From NCBI GenBank assembly GCA_038061795.1, contig JBBTYL010000003.1:128041-192040 (forward strand): 64,000 nucleotides of DNA. The letters are read 5' to 3'. The notes beneath the pieces are model-generated. The model saw only the letters and a program-made list of their open reading frames with translations, was not told where the DNA came from and searched no databases. A program made the translations under genes and the position numbers. Positions 44,639 through 55,052 of this stretch are shown here, piece after piece. The stretch comes from Patescibacteria group bacterium. GTDB taxonomy: Bacteria > Patescibacteriota > Minisyncoccia > Phycocordibacterales > PALSA-1337. Position 1 is the stretch's first letter. Each line of letters begins with the position of its first letter.

Positions 44639-47140
44639 CTAAACCCCATGACACTTCTTGTACTTCTTTCCAGACCCGCAAGGGCAAGGGTCATTTCTTC
44701 CCACCTCCGCCTTCTTTGGTGCTGAAGCCTGAGCATTCTGCTTGTCACCATCCCCAGAACCTATAGTCTGAGCTTGTTCGTGGACTTCCTTGAGCTCCAC
44801 AGCCTCCTGATTCACCATTCCTCCTGCAATATGTGGCATGAGGTCAGTGATCTTTGAGTTGATAGCAGCCTGCATTTCCTTGAAAAGCCTGAGGCCTTCT
44901 TTCTTGTACTCGACGAGAGGATCACGCTGTCCGTAAGCGCGAAGATTCACGCTTGAGCGGGTATAGTCCATGATTTCGAGGTGTTCCACCCAGTACATGT
45001 CGATAGTCTGGAGCATGAGCTGGCGAGCGACCGTGAGAAATCGTTCCTTGCCGATCTGCGCGATCTTGTCATCCATGATTTTCTTGAGCTCAGCACTGTC
45101 GCCGATCACTTCCATGATCTTTTCTTCCACTTCCTCTGGAGTTCCGAGAAGAATCTTTCGTCGTCGCTCGTAGACTGTCTTTCGCTGATGGTTCAGGATA
45201 TCGTCATATTCAAGGACATGCTTTCGCGAGTCAAAGTTAAATCCTTCGATCTTCGTCTGCGCGTTCTCAAGTGATCGCGTGATGATGCTGTTCTCGATCG
45301 CTTCGTCCTCAGCCACGCCAAGCTTGCCCATCAATTTCTTGATAGTATCTGAAGCAAAAATGCGCATGAGAGAATCCTCGAGAGAGACAAAAAACTGCGT
45401 AGCTCCAGGATCTCCCTGTCGTCCGGATCGTCCGCGGAGCTGGTTATCGATGCGTCGCGCTTCGTGTCGTTCTGTACCGAGCACAAATAGCCCGCCGATG
45501 GACTTCACTTCTTCATAGAGATCCTTTGATCCGGGATTTCCTCCAAGCCGGATGTCCACTCCTCGTCCTGCCATGTTTGTAGCGATAGTCACCGCGCCCT
45601 TCTTTCCGGCTTGCGCGATGATTTCTCCTTCTCGTTCGTGATTCTTGGCATTCAAGATTTCATGCTGGACCCCCTCGGCTTTCAAGAATTCAGAAAGAAC
45701 TTCGTTCTTTTCGATAGAGACTGTACCGATGAGCACCGGCTGGCCAGTCTTGTTCAATTCCTTAACCTTTCGAGCAATCGCCTTGAACTTCCCTATTTCT
45801 GTCTGGAAAATGAGGTCATTGTGATCGGCGCGCTGTGCATCCTTGTTCGTAGGAACAGTCACGACTTCAAGTCCATATACCTTGTAGAACTCTTCGCTTG
45901 AGGTCGAAGCAGTACCTGTCATACCAGAAAGCTTCTTGTAGAGGCGGAAATAGTTCTGGAATGTGATGGAAGCGAATGTTCGGGATTCCTTCTGCACAGA
46001 AACTCCTTCTTTCGCCTCAATGGCCTGATGAAGTCCATCTGACCATCGCCGTCCTGGCTGGAGACGTCCTGTAAATGTATCGACGATTATAATTGAATTC
46101 TCCTTTATGACGTATTCAGTATTCAAATTAAAAAGCGCTTTGGCCTTCACTGCCGTCTCGAGATGGTGGACGTATTTGATTCCCTTTTCTGTATAAATAT
46201 TATCGACACCGAGCTTCTTCTCTGCTTTCTCGATTCCCTGGGAAGTCATGGCGATGCTTCGCTGCTTCTCGTCAACGGTGAAATCCTCGTCCTTTACGAA
46301 ATCCTTCGCCATCTGAGCGAAAATTCCGTAAAGGTTTTCAGAATCAGTCGTCGGAGCGGAAATGATAAGAGGAGTTCGAGCCTCATCGATCAAGATAGAG
46401 TCAATCTCGTCCACAACAGCGTAATTAAATTCCCTCTGGCGAAGCCTTGAAGATTCGTATTCGAGATTGTCTCGGAGATAATCGAAGCCGAACTCGTTGT
46501 TAGTACCATATGTTATATCCGCAGCATAAGCCTCGTGTCGAGAAACTGGACGAAGAAATTCGTGCACGACCTTGAAAGATCCGAGATCATCGCGCTCCTT
46601 GTCGAGGGATTTGTCTTCTTCGGTATGCGAAGGATCATAGATAAAAGAAGATTCGTGATTGATGACTCCTGTCGTAAGTCCGAGGAAATTGTAAATCTGT
46701 CCCATCCATACTGCATCTCGTCGAGAGAGATAATCATTGACGGTAACGACGTGCACGCCTTTCCCAGTAAGTCCGTTAAGATATGCCGGCAATGTTGCGA
46801 CAAGCGTCTTTCCCTCTCCTGTTCGCATTTCAGCGATGCTTCCGCTATTGAGTATTGCTCCTCCGATAAGCTGCACGTCGAAATGGCGCTGCTTGAGCAC
46901 GCGCTTCGATGCTTCACGGACGACGGCGAAGGCTTCAGGCAGAAGCTGTTCGAGCGTCTCGCTTTTTCCATCTTTTTCATCCAGACGTGCCCTGAATTCT
47001 GCAGTCTTTGCCCTGAGCTGTTCATCAGATAGGGCTGAAATAGCTGGCTCAAAAGCATTGACCTGGGCTACGATGGGCTGGTATTTCTTGAGCAGTTTCT
47101 TGTTCGGATCCCCGAAAATATGCTGTAATTTGAATGCCAT
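44639..47140 (-). CDS. secA: preprotein translocase ATPase SecA
   Basis: 833 aa with MRTGEGKT and DEID motifs and a C-terminal zinc finger CPCGSGKKYKKCHG. An extended -10 TGATATAGT lies 11 nt upstream of the ATG. Confidence 0.97.
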   Translation of the reverse strand: MAFKLQHIFGDPNKKLLKKYQPIVAQVNAFEPAISALSDEQLRAKTAEFRARLDEKDGKSETLEQLLPEAFAVVREASKRVLKQRHFDVQLIGGAILNSGSIAEMRTGEGKTLVATLPAYLNGLTGKGVHVVTVNDYLSRRDAVWMGQIYNFLGLTTGVINHESSFIYDPSHTEEDKSLDKERDDLGSFKVVHEFLRPVSRHEAYAADITYGTNNEFGFDYLRDNLEYESSRLRQREFNYAVVDEIDSILIDEARTPLIISAPTTDSENLYGIFAQMAKDFVKDEDFTVDEKQRSIAMTSQGIEKAEKKLGVDNIYTEKGIKYVHHLETAVKAKALFNLNTEYVIKENSIIIVDTFTGRLQPGRRWSDGLHQAIEAKEGVSVQKESRTFASITFQNYFRLYKKLSGMTGTASTSSEEFYKVYGLEVVTVPTNKDAQRADHNDLIFQTEIGKFKAIARKVKELNKTGQPVLIGTVSIEKNEVLSEFLKAEGVQHEILNAKNHEREGEIIAQAGKKGAVTIATNMAGRGVDIRLGGNPGSKDLYEEVKSIGGLFVLGTERHEARRIDNQLRGRSGRQGDPGATQFFVSLEDSLMRIFASDTIKKLMGKLGVAEDEAIENSIITRSLENAQTKIEGFNFDSRKHVLEYDDILNHQRKTVYERRRKILLGTPEEVEEKIMEVIGDSAELKKIMDDKIAQIGKERFLTVARQLMLQTIDMYWVEHLEIMDYTRSSVNLRAYGQRDPLVEYKKEGLRLFKEMQAAINSKITDLMPHIAGGMVNQEAVELKEVHEQAQTIGSGDGDKQNAQASAPKKAEVGRNDPCPCGSGKKYKKCHGV

Positions 47141-47169
47141 AAGTACACGCCACTATATCACATCGGGAA

Positions 47170-47211
47170 GGATTAAAAAAGCAAAAACAGCCCGGCTTTC
47201 GCTGGGCTGTT
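47170..47211 (-). terminator. rho-independent terminator just upstream of secA
   Basis: The minus strand reads CAGCCCAGC-GAAA-GCCGGGCTG followed by TTTTTGCTTTTTT. Confidence 0.7.
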
Positions 47212-47220
47212 TCATTGCGT

Positions 47221-47301
47221 CTATCTTCGTGACTTCTTTGATTTCTTTGCCTTCTTTTTTGATGCCTTCTTCTTCGTTGTCTTTCGAGCTTTCTTTTTCA
47301 T
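47221..47301 (-). CDS. candidate 26-aa poly-lysine micro-ORF
   Basis: MKKKARKTTKKKASKKKAKKSKKSRR, with its stop 10 nt before the terminator. No SD or -10 box is adjacent. It may be fortuitous inside a non-coding RNA. Confidence 0.25.
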   Translation of the reverse strand: MKKKARKTTKKKASKKKAKKSKKSRR

Positions 47302-47395
47302 TTGAGTGATGGGAAAAATCAATTCCCACAAAAAATCTTTTAGAGTTCTAACGAAGCAAACAATTTTCGACCTTGAGAAATTGCGTACTTGCTTA

Positions 47396-47424
47396 TATTA
47401 TGACGCACGCAGAATTATTTACAA
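47396..47424 (-). promoter_or_regulatory. sigma70-type promoter of an orphan ~220-nt transcription unit
   Basis: The minus strand reads TTGTAA (47424-47419), a 16/17-nt spacer, then CATAAT/ATAATA (47402-47396). Confidence 0.45.
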
Positions 47425-47472
47425 TGCTTTCTTAGGAAATATGTGGACAACTCCAAAAAATTATTTTTGAAT

Positions 47473-48492
47473 TTACTGCACGTATTCCACCTCAGGAAAA
47501 ATTTCTATGCCGGTTTTTTCGTAAACTGCATCAACCATTTTTTGTGCGAGGTCAGTTATTTCCTGCGCGGTCGCGTCTCCATAATTTATCAAAACGAGCG
47601 CTTGATTTTTGTATGTGCCGACATTCCCCTTCTTCACTCCGCGAAATCCGCAAACATGATCGAGCAGCCATGCCAGAGGAATCTTCACTTTCTTGTCATT
47701 TACTGCATGAACGACCATTTCTGGATATTTAGCAACAAGTTCTTGTGACTGTATCTGAGAAACGATAACATTCTTGAAGAATGATCCAGCTGTTCCGTAT
47801 TCGCGCACGTCAGGCAGCTTTCGCATGCGGATCTCGATGACTGCATCACGAACCTGCTTGAGTGTCGGTTCTTTTATTTTTTTAAATGAAAAATATTCCT
47901 GAACATCCTTGTAACTGATATTAAGTCCGGCTTTCTTTTTCAAGATGCATGTCATCGAAAGCACAACGTATCGTCCTGGCTCTTGTTTAAAAATACTTGT
48001 CCTGTATGCGAATTTGCACTCGCTGTTCTTAATCGTCTTGTATTCATCCTTGAGTACATCGAGGACATAGACTGACTCCAAAGCATCTTTTATCTCGCTG
48101 CCGTATGCGCCGATATTCTGCACTGGTGCTGCTCCAACCGTTCCGGGAATATATGAAAGATTTTCAAAACCATACAAGCCCCTATCTACAGTCGCCTGGA
48201 CAAGCGCATCCCAGCTTTCTCCAGCGGCTGCAGTCACCCTTACATCATTGCCTTCTTCGGCATAAGTCACGCCCTTCATTTCCATCTTTATGACGATACC
48301 AGGAAAACCGGCATCTGAAATCAAAATATTCGAGCCCCCGCCGAGTATGAAAAAAGGCACTTTTTTCTTCTTTGAGAAGCTGACAGCCTCTATGAGATCA
48401 TCTTCGTTCTGCGCAACACAAAAAAATCGGGCGGGGCCCCCGATCCTGAAAGTCGTGTATTGATTGAGCAGTATGTTTTCCTGGATTGTCAT
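47473..48492 (-). CDS. murB: UDP-N-acetylenolpyruvoylglucosamine reductase
   Basis: 339 aa with FAD-binding PCMH motifs FRIGGPARFF and GGGSNIL, and a MurB C-terminal domain. Confidence 0.92.
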   Translation of the reverse strand: MTIQENILLNQYTTFRIGGPARFFCVAQNEDDLIEAVSFSKKKKVPFFILGGGSNILISDAGFPGIVIKMEMKGVTYAEEGNDVRVTAAAGESWDALVQATVDRGLYGFENLSYIPGTVGAAPVQNIGAYGSEIKDALESVYVLDVLKDEYKTIKNSECKFAYRTSIFKQEPGRYVVLSMTCILKKKAGLNISYKDVQEYFSFKKIKEPTLKQVRDAVIEIRMRKLPDVREYGTAGSFFKNVIVSQIQSQELVAKYPEMVVHAVNDKKVKIPLAWLLDHVCGFRGVKKGNVGTYKNQALVLINYGDATAQEITDLAQKMVDAVYEKTGIEIFPEVEYVQ

Positions 48493-48637
48493 GGTTGCGC
48501 TGAATGTTGGCGAACGGGTGTTAGCTCCAAATATAATGTCTAAATTAATATGTGAGTACAGCCGGTCGCCATCACTTAGAACAACCTACGCTCATTATAG
48601 CAAAAGGTCAATCATGCTACAATAAAGATACAATCCT

Positions 48638-49459
48638 ATGAATTTCGAAATCATCATAAATGACAGCTATAGCATCTTCGCGAATCTATTGAGCATCGTG
48701 CTTTTTGCGGCGCTGCTGCTGTTCATCCTGCTGTTCATCACTCGTATGATCTGGAGGAAATTCAGGAAATACGAGACTCTGAAATACGAGTTCGTCACCA
48801 TCATCGCTCACAAATTCCGCACGCCTTTGACGCAGATGAAATGGATCGCTGAGACCATCCTTGAGAAAGAGCAGGATCCTTACAAGGTAGAGAGCCTGAA
48901 GAGCCTGAACCAGTCGAACCAGGGGCTGATCAGCCTCACTGGAACCCTCATAGAGCTTACGGACTCCGCTCATACCTCGCTTGCCGCCTATAATCTTGAA
49001 AAAATCGACGTCTGCAAGCTGGCCGGCAGCGTGCTTGAGACGCTCAAGAAGGAATTCCATGAGAAGAACCTTTTCTTCGGCATCCAATGCTCGGATGCGG
49101 AAATTTTTGCGAAAGCCGATCGTACCAGACTCGAATTCGTGATACAAACTTTACTTGAAAATAGCATCCGTTACAGCCCCACAGGAAGAAATGTCGAGGT
49201 CGAAGTCGTCAGAAACCGCCGCAAGGTGCAGATAAAAGTGATCGATCACGGCATCGGCATCGATCCTGCAGACATGCAGAGCATGTTCACGAAATTCTTC
49301 CGCGCGCAGAACGCACGATCAATGGACACTGAGGGCTTCGGCGTCGGCCTCTATCTCGCTCAATCGATTGTAAAGAGGCATAAAGGGAAAATAGGCGTCT
49401 ACTCTGCCGGCCTTGGACAAGGTTCGACATTCACTGTCACATTGCCGTTGGCTAAATAG
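48638..49459 (+). CDS. orphan histidine kinase (single N-terminal TM helix)
   Basis: H-box IIAHKFRTPLT, N-box LLENSIRYS, G1 DHGIGI and G2 GFGVGL. There is no adjacent response regulator. Confidence 0.85.
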   Translation: MNFEIIINDSYSIFANLLSIVLFAALLLFILLFITRMIWRKFRKYETLKYEFVTIIAHKFRTPLTQMKWIAETILEKEQDPYKVESLKSLNQSNQGLISLTGTLIELTDSAHTSLAAYNLEKIDVCKLAGSVLETLKKEFHEKNLFFGIQCSDAEIFAKADRTRLEFVIQTLLENSIRYSPTGRNVEVEVVRNRRKVQIKVIDHGIGIDPADMQSMFTKFFRAQNARSMDTEGFGVGLYLAQSIVKRHKGKIGVYSAGLGQGSTFTVTLPLAK

Positions 49460-49607
49460 GACTTTGCTTTATGAATACACAAAATCCTGCCGAGGCAGGA
49501 CCTTATGTAGACATTTTATTTTTGAAGTACCAACAACTAAGCCGAAGCTTTATCAGTACTCACACCTTTATAGTATACACCCGTACAAGGCGGCGTGCAA
49601 GACAGAT

Positions 49608-51899
49608 TTATTGCATCGCAGGAAGCTTCCCTTCCTGTATCTGTTTGATCACAGCATCAATCTGCGTCTTGAGAAGCGGGAATTTCTCCGCAGCAGCTTT
49701 CAAAGTCTGTATCGCCAAGTAATCCTGTTTGCTCAAGATATACACGGAGGCAAGGGAAGAATAGAGTTCTTGGCTATCCGGCGATTCCTTGAGGAGCTGT
49801 TTGTATATTTCAATGGCCTTGCCGAACTGCTTAGTCGAGACATACGCGTTAATGACGCCTGGATCAGCGAAGACCGATGGCTCATCGACGAATATCTCCC
49901 GGGCTCTCTTTTCTTCTCCAGATGAAATAAGGATGGCTGCGTAGCCGATCTTCGCATTCCTGTTATCGGGCGCTGACAGATACGCTTTCTCGATCAATGC
50001 GACAGCTTCTTTCTGCTTGTTGGAATTTATATAGTTAAGCGCAAGCTCGAAGAGAATGGTCTGCTTCGTCGGGGAAAGCTGCGCGGCTTTTTCGAGAAGC
50101 GGACGGGCATTGTCCCAATCCTGTATCGAATCATAGAATCCTCCAGCAATGATATGGGTTCTCGCGTCGTTCGGCGTAACTGCTATCTGATTCTTCGTCT
50201 CATCATTCACCAGCCTGTAGAATTCAGCCTTTTTGTCTACAGCTACACTGCTCCTTATGACATTTGCAGCACAAGTGTACATTTGTTCGCGGATTTCCTG
50301 ATTTGCCATTGTTTGGCCGAGCGATAGGGCTTTCTTGAATGAATCAGCAGAAATCGTCTGCGCGCTTGCGCAGGCTCTTAGAGCATCAATGAGACGCGTG
50401 TTCGCTTGGATCGGCCGGATATTCACAAGGTAAAGAGTCGAAAAAAGGGCGAGAATAATGACCGGGGTAAAGACATAATTCCGAAGCGTCGAGTAGTTTT
50501 CAGAGACAAGCTTCTTCGTATCGTGAAGCCATCCAGGAATCTTTGCCGACTTGAAAGAATGGACGAATGCAAGGAATGTAAAGAACATCACGTAGCTTGT
50601 TTGGTTATCGAAAACAAAGACATTGTGGATGCTATAGCCGACAAGCAACCCGGTCAGCATGGACTTCTGTCCAACACTCGTATCGCTCCTCCATATATAT
50701 ATGAGCGCGAGGACATAGAGAGCAAGATATGCGATAAGGCCAAGCAAGCCTCCGGCGACAAGCCAGTCGAGGAAGACGCTATGCGCGCGGTCGAACCATT
50801 GCTCGTGCGCCCACATCTTCGGATCATAGTGCGAATTGAAAATATAGTTGAAATTCTCTTGTCCGATGCCGATAATGGCTGTCTTTGGATTCTCAAAAAT
50901 TCCTTTTATTGCCATCGGCCAGATGAATCCTCGAGCCTGAGTCTTCGTGTCTGATAGAGATATTGTTGCGAGACGTCCGAGCACGGCGTTATGCTGTATC
51001 CACTGTGCATTTCTGTTGAAATAGAAAAGGATTCCAAGAAGCACAACGAGACCAATTATTCCTCCCGCGATTGTTCGAGAGCGATTTGATTGCCCTTTTT
51101 CCTTCGTGCCGATGACTGCATACATGAAGCAAAAAATCATCACTCCAGCAATCCATCCAAGGATGGTTCCTCGAGTCGCAGTCTGGAACATGATGAAGGA
51201 AAAGAAGCCTGCAGACACCGAATAGACCCAAATAAATACGTTGCTGCTGCCTTTTATAGCAAGCTTATGGACATACGCCGTGCACGCCATATATCCCGCG
51301 AGAAAAGCATTGATGAGCATGTACACCGCCATGTATGCGGAATTTCCAAGAGAAGCATCAACTCGAGTAGCACCCTGATGCGTTTCTGCCCAGCCAAAAA
51401 ACTGAAAGAGTCCGTAGAATGCCGTTATGCCTCCAGCGACGAGGGCGACATTAAGGAATCGGTGCCAATTTTTTCGTCCATCCATGGTTGAAATTGATGC
51501 GCCGAATATGCTTGAAAGAACAATGAAATATGCCCATAGATGAATAATCGTCATCCATCCTTCCATTCTCTCAAAGTTTGACCAGATACTTCTCAAAAAA
51601 TTGAGTCCAAAAATATCAGCAACGAAAATAATGACTGTAAAAATAGTGACGGAAATCGTCAATGAATTTATCCGCGGAGCGATGCTTGCATCCGTGCCAG
51701 CAACAGAAGTTCCCCTTTCCCGAAGGACGAGAATGAGCCAGAGGGCAAAAACGATCTCAACGATGATGCGGAATGCGAAGGCTTTTCCTGTTATAAAAGG
51801 AAAGAAGAGTGGGTTGGCGACATAGAGCGGGATGAACGGAACGAGTGCCAGACCAGCGATTACTGCATTCTTGAGTACTTTATTCATAGTGTTATTCAT
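49608..51899 (-). CDS. O-antigen ligase-like polytopic membrane protein with C-terminal TPR domain (paralogue-type of 6405-8816)
   Basis: 763 aa. The N-terminal ~470 aa are polytopic. The C-terminal part is TPR repeats (AVALIEKAYLSAPDNRNAKIGYAAILI, AIEIYKQLLKESPDSQELYSSLASVYI). Confidence 0.72.
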   Translation of the reverse strand: MNNTMNKVLKNAVIAGLALVPFIPLYVANPLFFPFITGKAFAFRIIVEIVFALWLILVLRERGTSVAGTDASIAPRINSLTISVTIFTVIIFVADIFGLNFLRSIWSNFERMEGWMTIIHLWAYFIVLSSIFGASISTMDGRKNWHRFLNVALVAGGITAFYGLFQFFGWAETHQGATRVDASLGNSAYMAVYMLINAFLAGYMACTAYVHKLAIKGSSNVFIWVYSVSAGFFSFIMFQTATRGTILGWIAGVMIFCFMYAVIGTKEKGQSNRSRTIAGGIIGLVVLLGILFYFNRNAQWIQHNAVLGRLATISLSDTKTQARGFIWPMAIKGIFENPKTAIIGIGQENFNYIFNSHYDPKMWAHEQWFDRAHSVFLDWLVAGGLLGLIAYLALYVLALIYIWRSDTSVGQKSMLTGLLVGYSIHNVFVFDNQTSYVMFFTFLAFVHSFKSAKIPGWLHDTKKLVSENYSTLRNYVFTPVIILALFSTLYLVNIRPIQANTRLIDALRACASAQTISADSFKKALSLGQTMANQEIREQMYTCAANVIRSSVAVDKKAEFYRLVNDETKNQIAVTPNDARTHIIAGGFYDSIQDWDNARPLLEKAAQLSPTKQTILFELALNYINSNKQKEAVALIEKAYLSAPDNRNAKIGYAAILISSGEEKRAREIFVDEPSVFADPGVINAYVSTKQFGKAIEIYKQLLKESPDSQELYSSLASVYILSKQDYLAIQTLKAAAEKFPLLKTQIDAVIKQIQEGKLPAMQ

Positions 51900-51901
51900 G
51901 G

Positions 51902-52687
51902 TTATTGTTTAATTTTTCCTGAAATAATCTTGATTCTTCTAATAATCGCTTTCGTATACTTTCTCATGAATATGATGACCTTTGCAACTGACATTTTGAC
52001 TTTGTAATGATCTATCGGATTCACTTTGGCGTTCCAAGTCCCGCTGATTCCCGTTAAAATCGCAGTCCGCCTGATAGGTATGCATTGTTCACCGTCCGCC
52101 ATCGCCATTGTTATAGCGTCGTAGAGCACTGCTTCCATCGATTTCCTTTCCGAATCATTTATCTTGTCCTGAAGCGGCAAAAGGTATTTCTCAAGGAAAG
52201 AAATTTTTGCGACAAAAAACAGGCTCCAAGTATATGTAATGTTGCGATCGAAGGTTGAAGCGATCATGAAATCCCCCTCTTTCTCAAGATCGCCAAGAAT
52301 GTCCTTGAGATTCTCGATGATGTAGCGGCCAGTGAATTTCACCACGTATTTTGAATCCAGAATGAGCTTGGAATTATTAATTGCGTTTCTGATGGCAAGC
52401 GTTTCGCCATAGCCTTTTCCGAGATGCCGCGGAAAATTCTGACCGTCTGGATATTCGATGATTTCATAAGGCACCTGCGGAAATTTTTTGAAGACGGCTT
52501 CGATCCTTGACGTATCCGATCCTGAATTTTCAGAAAAAACGACAGGGTACTGGCAGACCGAAAGAAGCCTCTCAAGCGCTACGATATAATCGTTCTCACG
52601 CAGCTTCGGATTCTTGCGACGAGTGAATGACATCCCTTTCGGATCAATTGTCGCCGTAATGAGTATACAGAAAGTAGACATAATCAA
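51902..52687 (-). CDS. hypothetical protein in the glycan cluster
   Basis: 261-aa soluble ORF tightly packed against the upstream gene (2-nt gap). No confident motif was found. Confidence 0.5.
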   Translation of the reverse strand: MIMSTFCILITATIDPKGMSFTRRKNPKLRENDYIVALERLLSVCQYPVVFSENSGSDTSRIEAVFKKFPQVPYEIIEYPDGQNFPRHLGKGYGETLAIRNAINNSKLILDSKYVVKFTGRYIIENLKDILGDLEKEGDFMIASTFDRNITYTWSLFFVAKISFLEKYLLPLQDKINDSERKSMEAVLYDAITMAMADGEQCIPIRRTAILTGISGTWNAKVNPIDHYKVKMSVAKVIIFMRKYTKAIIRRIKIISGKIKQ

Positions 52688-52721
52688 GCATTATAGTATC
52701 ATAAACCTACCTTACTTCTAA

Positions 52722-53990
52722 ATGACAGGAACCAGGCCAACATATCCCCTTTTCGCCAAGATGCAGTCTTTTGTGAAGACCGATCTTTCTTATTTCATCA
52801 GGGGCGGGTTCTGGATCAATTCAAATTACGTTTTCGGATCGATACTTTCTCTCGTGCTTTCAATGCTTTTCGCTCACTATGTTTCTAAGGATATTTTCGG
52901 AATCTATAAATACATCATTTCCATTGCTTCAGTCGCTGCCGCATTTTCTCTTACCGGAATGAATGTCGCCGTGATGCGATCCGTCGCACAAGGATTCGAT
53001 GGTATCTTCAAGAAATCTCTAATTGTCCAATTCAAATGGTCATTGCCTCAATTGCTTTTTGTCCTCGCCTTTTCCGCCTATTATTTTTTTCAAGGAAATT
53101 CTACCTATGGATTCGCCTTCCTTTTCATCAGCGTCCTAAGCCCGCTTTCCTCGATTGCCAATACATATAATGCGCTTCTGAACGGAAAAAAAGATTTCAA
53201 GACCGGTTCGCTCTATGGATTCTTCACTAATGTCGCCTATTTCATCGTCATGACGATTGCAATCCTGAGCGCCTCATCATCAGCACTCATTCTCGCCGTC
53301 TCATACTTCCTCGTCATGACCAGCATGAATGTTTTCTTCTGCATCAGGATATATAAAAAATACGAAGCAGGAAAAAAACAGGATTATCGCGAAGAAGATA
53401 TCTCGTATGGAAAGCATATGAGCCTCATGGGAGCAGTCGGGTCGCTCGCAAGCCAGCTCGACAATATTCTCCTCTATCATCTTCTTGGTCCTGCCACCCT
53501 CGCTCTCTACAGCTTCGCTACCATCATCCCCGAGCGGATTCGTTCAATGTTCGGATTCATCTCGACGCTGGCATTTCCGAAAATAGCTGAAAAGGAGGAA
53601 AGTATTTCAAGAAAAGCCCTCGCACATAAGATACTCCAGCTCCTTGGACTTTCCATAGTAATTGCCGGAGTATATGCTCTGACTGCCCCTTTCCTTTATG
53701 ACCTATTGTTCCCTCAATACTCGAATGCAGTCATCTACTCGCAGATATTCGCGCTTTCCCTTGTCGCAATCGGCGCGAACATCTCTTCGACCGCTCTTCA
53801 GGCGCAGCGACGACAAAAAGAGCTCTATTATCTCAATACGATTGCCCCTATCCTCAAAATCGTCCTGACCGTCGTCGGAATCTGGTACTTCGGCATCTGG
53901 GGCGCCATCATCTCGAAGCTTTTAAGCTATTTCTTTCTCCTCGGATTCTCTTCATACCTTCTTTTAAAAAATGATTCACCTCGCATATAG
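52722..53990 (+). CDS. Wzx-like oligosaccharide flippase (MOP / polysaccharide biosynthesis protein family)
   Basis: 422 aa with 12 or more TM helices, and the topology and size of Wzx/RfbX-type exporters. Confidence 0.7.
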   Translation: MTGTRPTYPLFAKMQSFVKTDLSYFIRGGFWINSNYVFGSILSLVLSMLFAHYVSKDIFGIYKYIISIASVAAAFSLTGMNVAVMRSVAQGFDGIFKKSLIVQFKWSLPQLLFVLAFSAYYFFQGNSTYGFAFLFISVLSPLSSIANTYNALLNGKKDFKTGSLYGFFTNVAYFIVMTIAILSASSSALILAVSYFLVMTSMNVFFCIRIYKKYEAGKKQDYREEDISYGKHMSLMGAVGSLASQLDNILLYHLLGPATLALYSFATIIPERIRSMFGFISTLAFPKIAEKEESISRKALAHKILQLLGLSIVIAGVYALTAPFLYDLLFPQYSNAVIYSQIFALSLVAIGANISSTALQAQRRQKELYYLNTIAPILKIVLTVVGIWYFGIWGAIISKLLSYFFLLGFSSYLLLKNDSPRI

Positions 53991-55050
53991 GGCGCCGCGC
54001 TACAGCACCATCATAGGAAAGATATTCGAGAAGATCGCCTTCTCGAAGTTTGGCCTACCGAAAGGATTCCCGACGTTCTGGCGCAATGGCAATCATCTTG
54101 CCTGGAGAAAACCTACTCGGGCACCGCACTCGATTTCCTGTCACCTGATCGAAGCATTCAAAAGAAAGGAGGGCAAGATAAAATTCTACGATCTTTATGA
54201 AAATACCGTCTGCAATCTCAAATCCGGGGATATCTTCATCGGCGTGCCTATCCAGGTATTCGAAGAGAAGGCCTGGGGCGACTCAGCAATACATCGAGTG
54301 ACAGCGCGCACGCTTGAAGCATATGCAAACCGCGATGACATCAAGAAAGTGGTCATCATGCCGTACACCCACGATCCTCGCTACAACATTGCAACCACCG
54401 AGCTCATCAAGCGATACGGGAAAAATCTCATCATCGTTTCCGGAGAAATATGGAAGCGCACATGGGATCTATCTCCATTGAAAGAATATGTAAAAGACCT
54501 TCTGCAGGTTGAAATGGCTGTCGATAGCGCGGATTACCCTGTCGTCAAGAAAAGCTTCAATGCTCCTGGCAAACGGAAATATCTCTACGTCGGACATACC
54601 GGGCATTACAAAAACATCGCACAGATGGAGGCTCTCGCAGAAGCGCTGCCTGATTTTCAAGGCGGACATATCGGCCTCGGAACAATCAAGGGTTGGAAAA
54701 AAATCTCTGATTTCGCCGACCTAACGCCTGAATTCATGTCGAAAATCGCCGAGGAATATGACATCTTCATGAATACAAGCAGCGCTGATGCGTCAGTGAC
54801 CACCGTGCTCGAACAAATGTGCTTCGGGTTTGCAGTAGCTTGTACTCCAGAGTCCGGCTATGCGTATGATTCCATCGCCGCGCTTTCGATAAACGATACG
54901 CAGAAAAATGTCGAGCTTCTGACTTCGCTTCAAAACGAAGACGAGCAGTCATTGCTTGCGAAAAGCAGAAAAAATCGCGAATATGCGATCAGGTTTCATA
55001 ATTGGGATATTTTCACCGAGAAGATTTACGATTACCTAATGAAAAAATAA
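53971..55050 (+). CDS. hypothetical protein with a GT-B-like C-terminal half (possible glycosyltransferase)
   Basis: 359 aa. The C-terminal EYDIFMNTSSADASVTTVLEQMCFGFAVACTPESGY resembles the GT1/GT4 nucleotide-sugar-binding segment. The assignment is weak. Confidence 0.45.
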   Translation: MIHLAYRAPRYSTIIGKIFEKIAFSKFGLPKGFPTFWRNGNHLAWRKPTRAPHSISCHLIEAFKRKEGKIKFYDLYENTVCNLKSGDIFIGVPIQVFEEKAWGDSAIHRVTARTLEAYANRDDIKKVVIMPYTHDPRYNIATTELIKRYGKNLIIVSGEIWKRTWDLSPLKEYVKDLLQVEMAVDSADYPVVKKSFNAPGKRKYLYVGHTGHYKNIAQMEALAEALPDFQGGHIGLGTIKGWKKISDFADLTPEFMSKIAEEYDIFMNTSSADASVTTVLEQMCFGFAVACTPESGYAYDSIAALSINDTQKNVELLTSLQNEDEQSLLAKSRKNREYAIRFHNWDIFTEKIYDYLMKK

Positions 55051-55052
55051 TC

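Noticed and set aside
46737-47309. 190-aa plus-strand ORF across the secA start
   Set aside because: It is antisense to secA for most of its length, and the remainder is the reverse complement of the poly-lysine micro-ORF region, giving a poly-Phe/Ser artefact.
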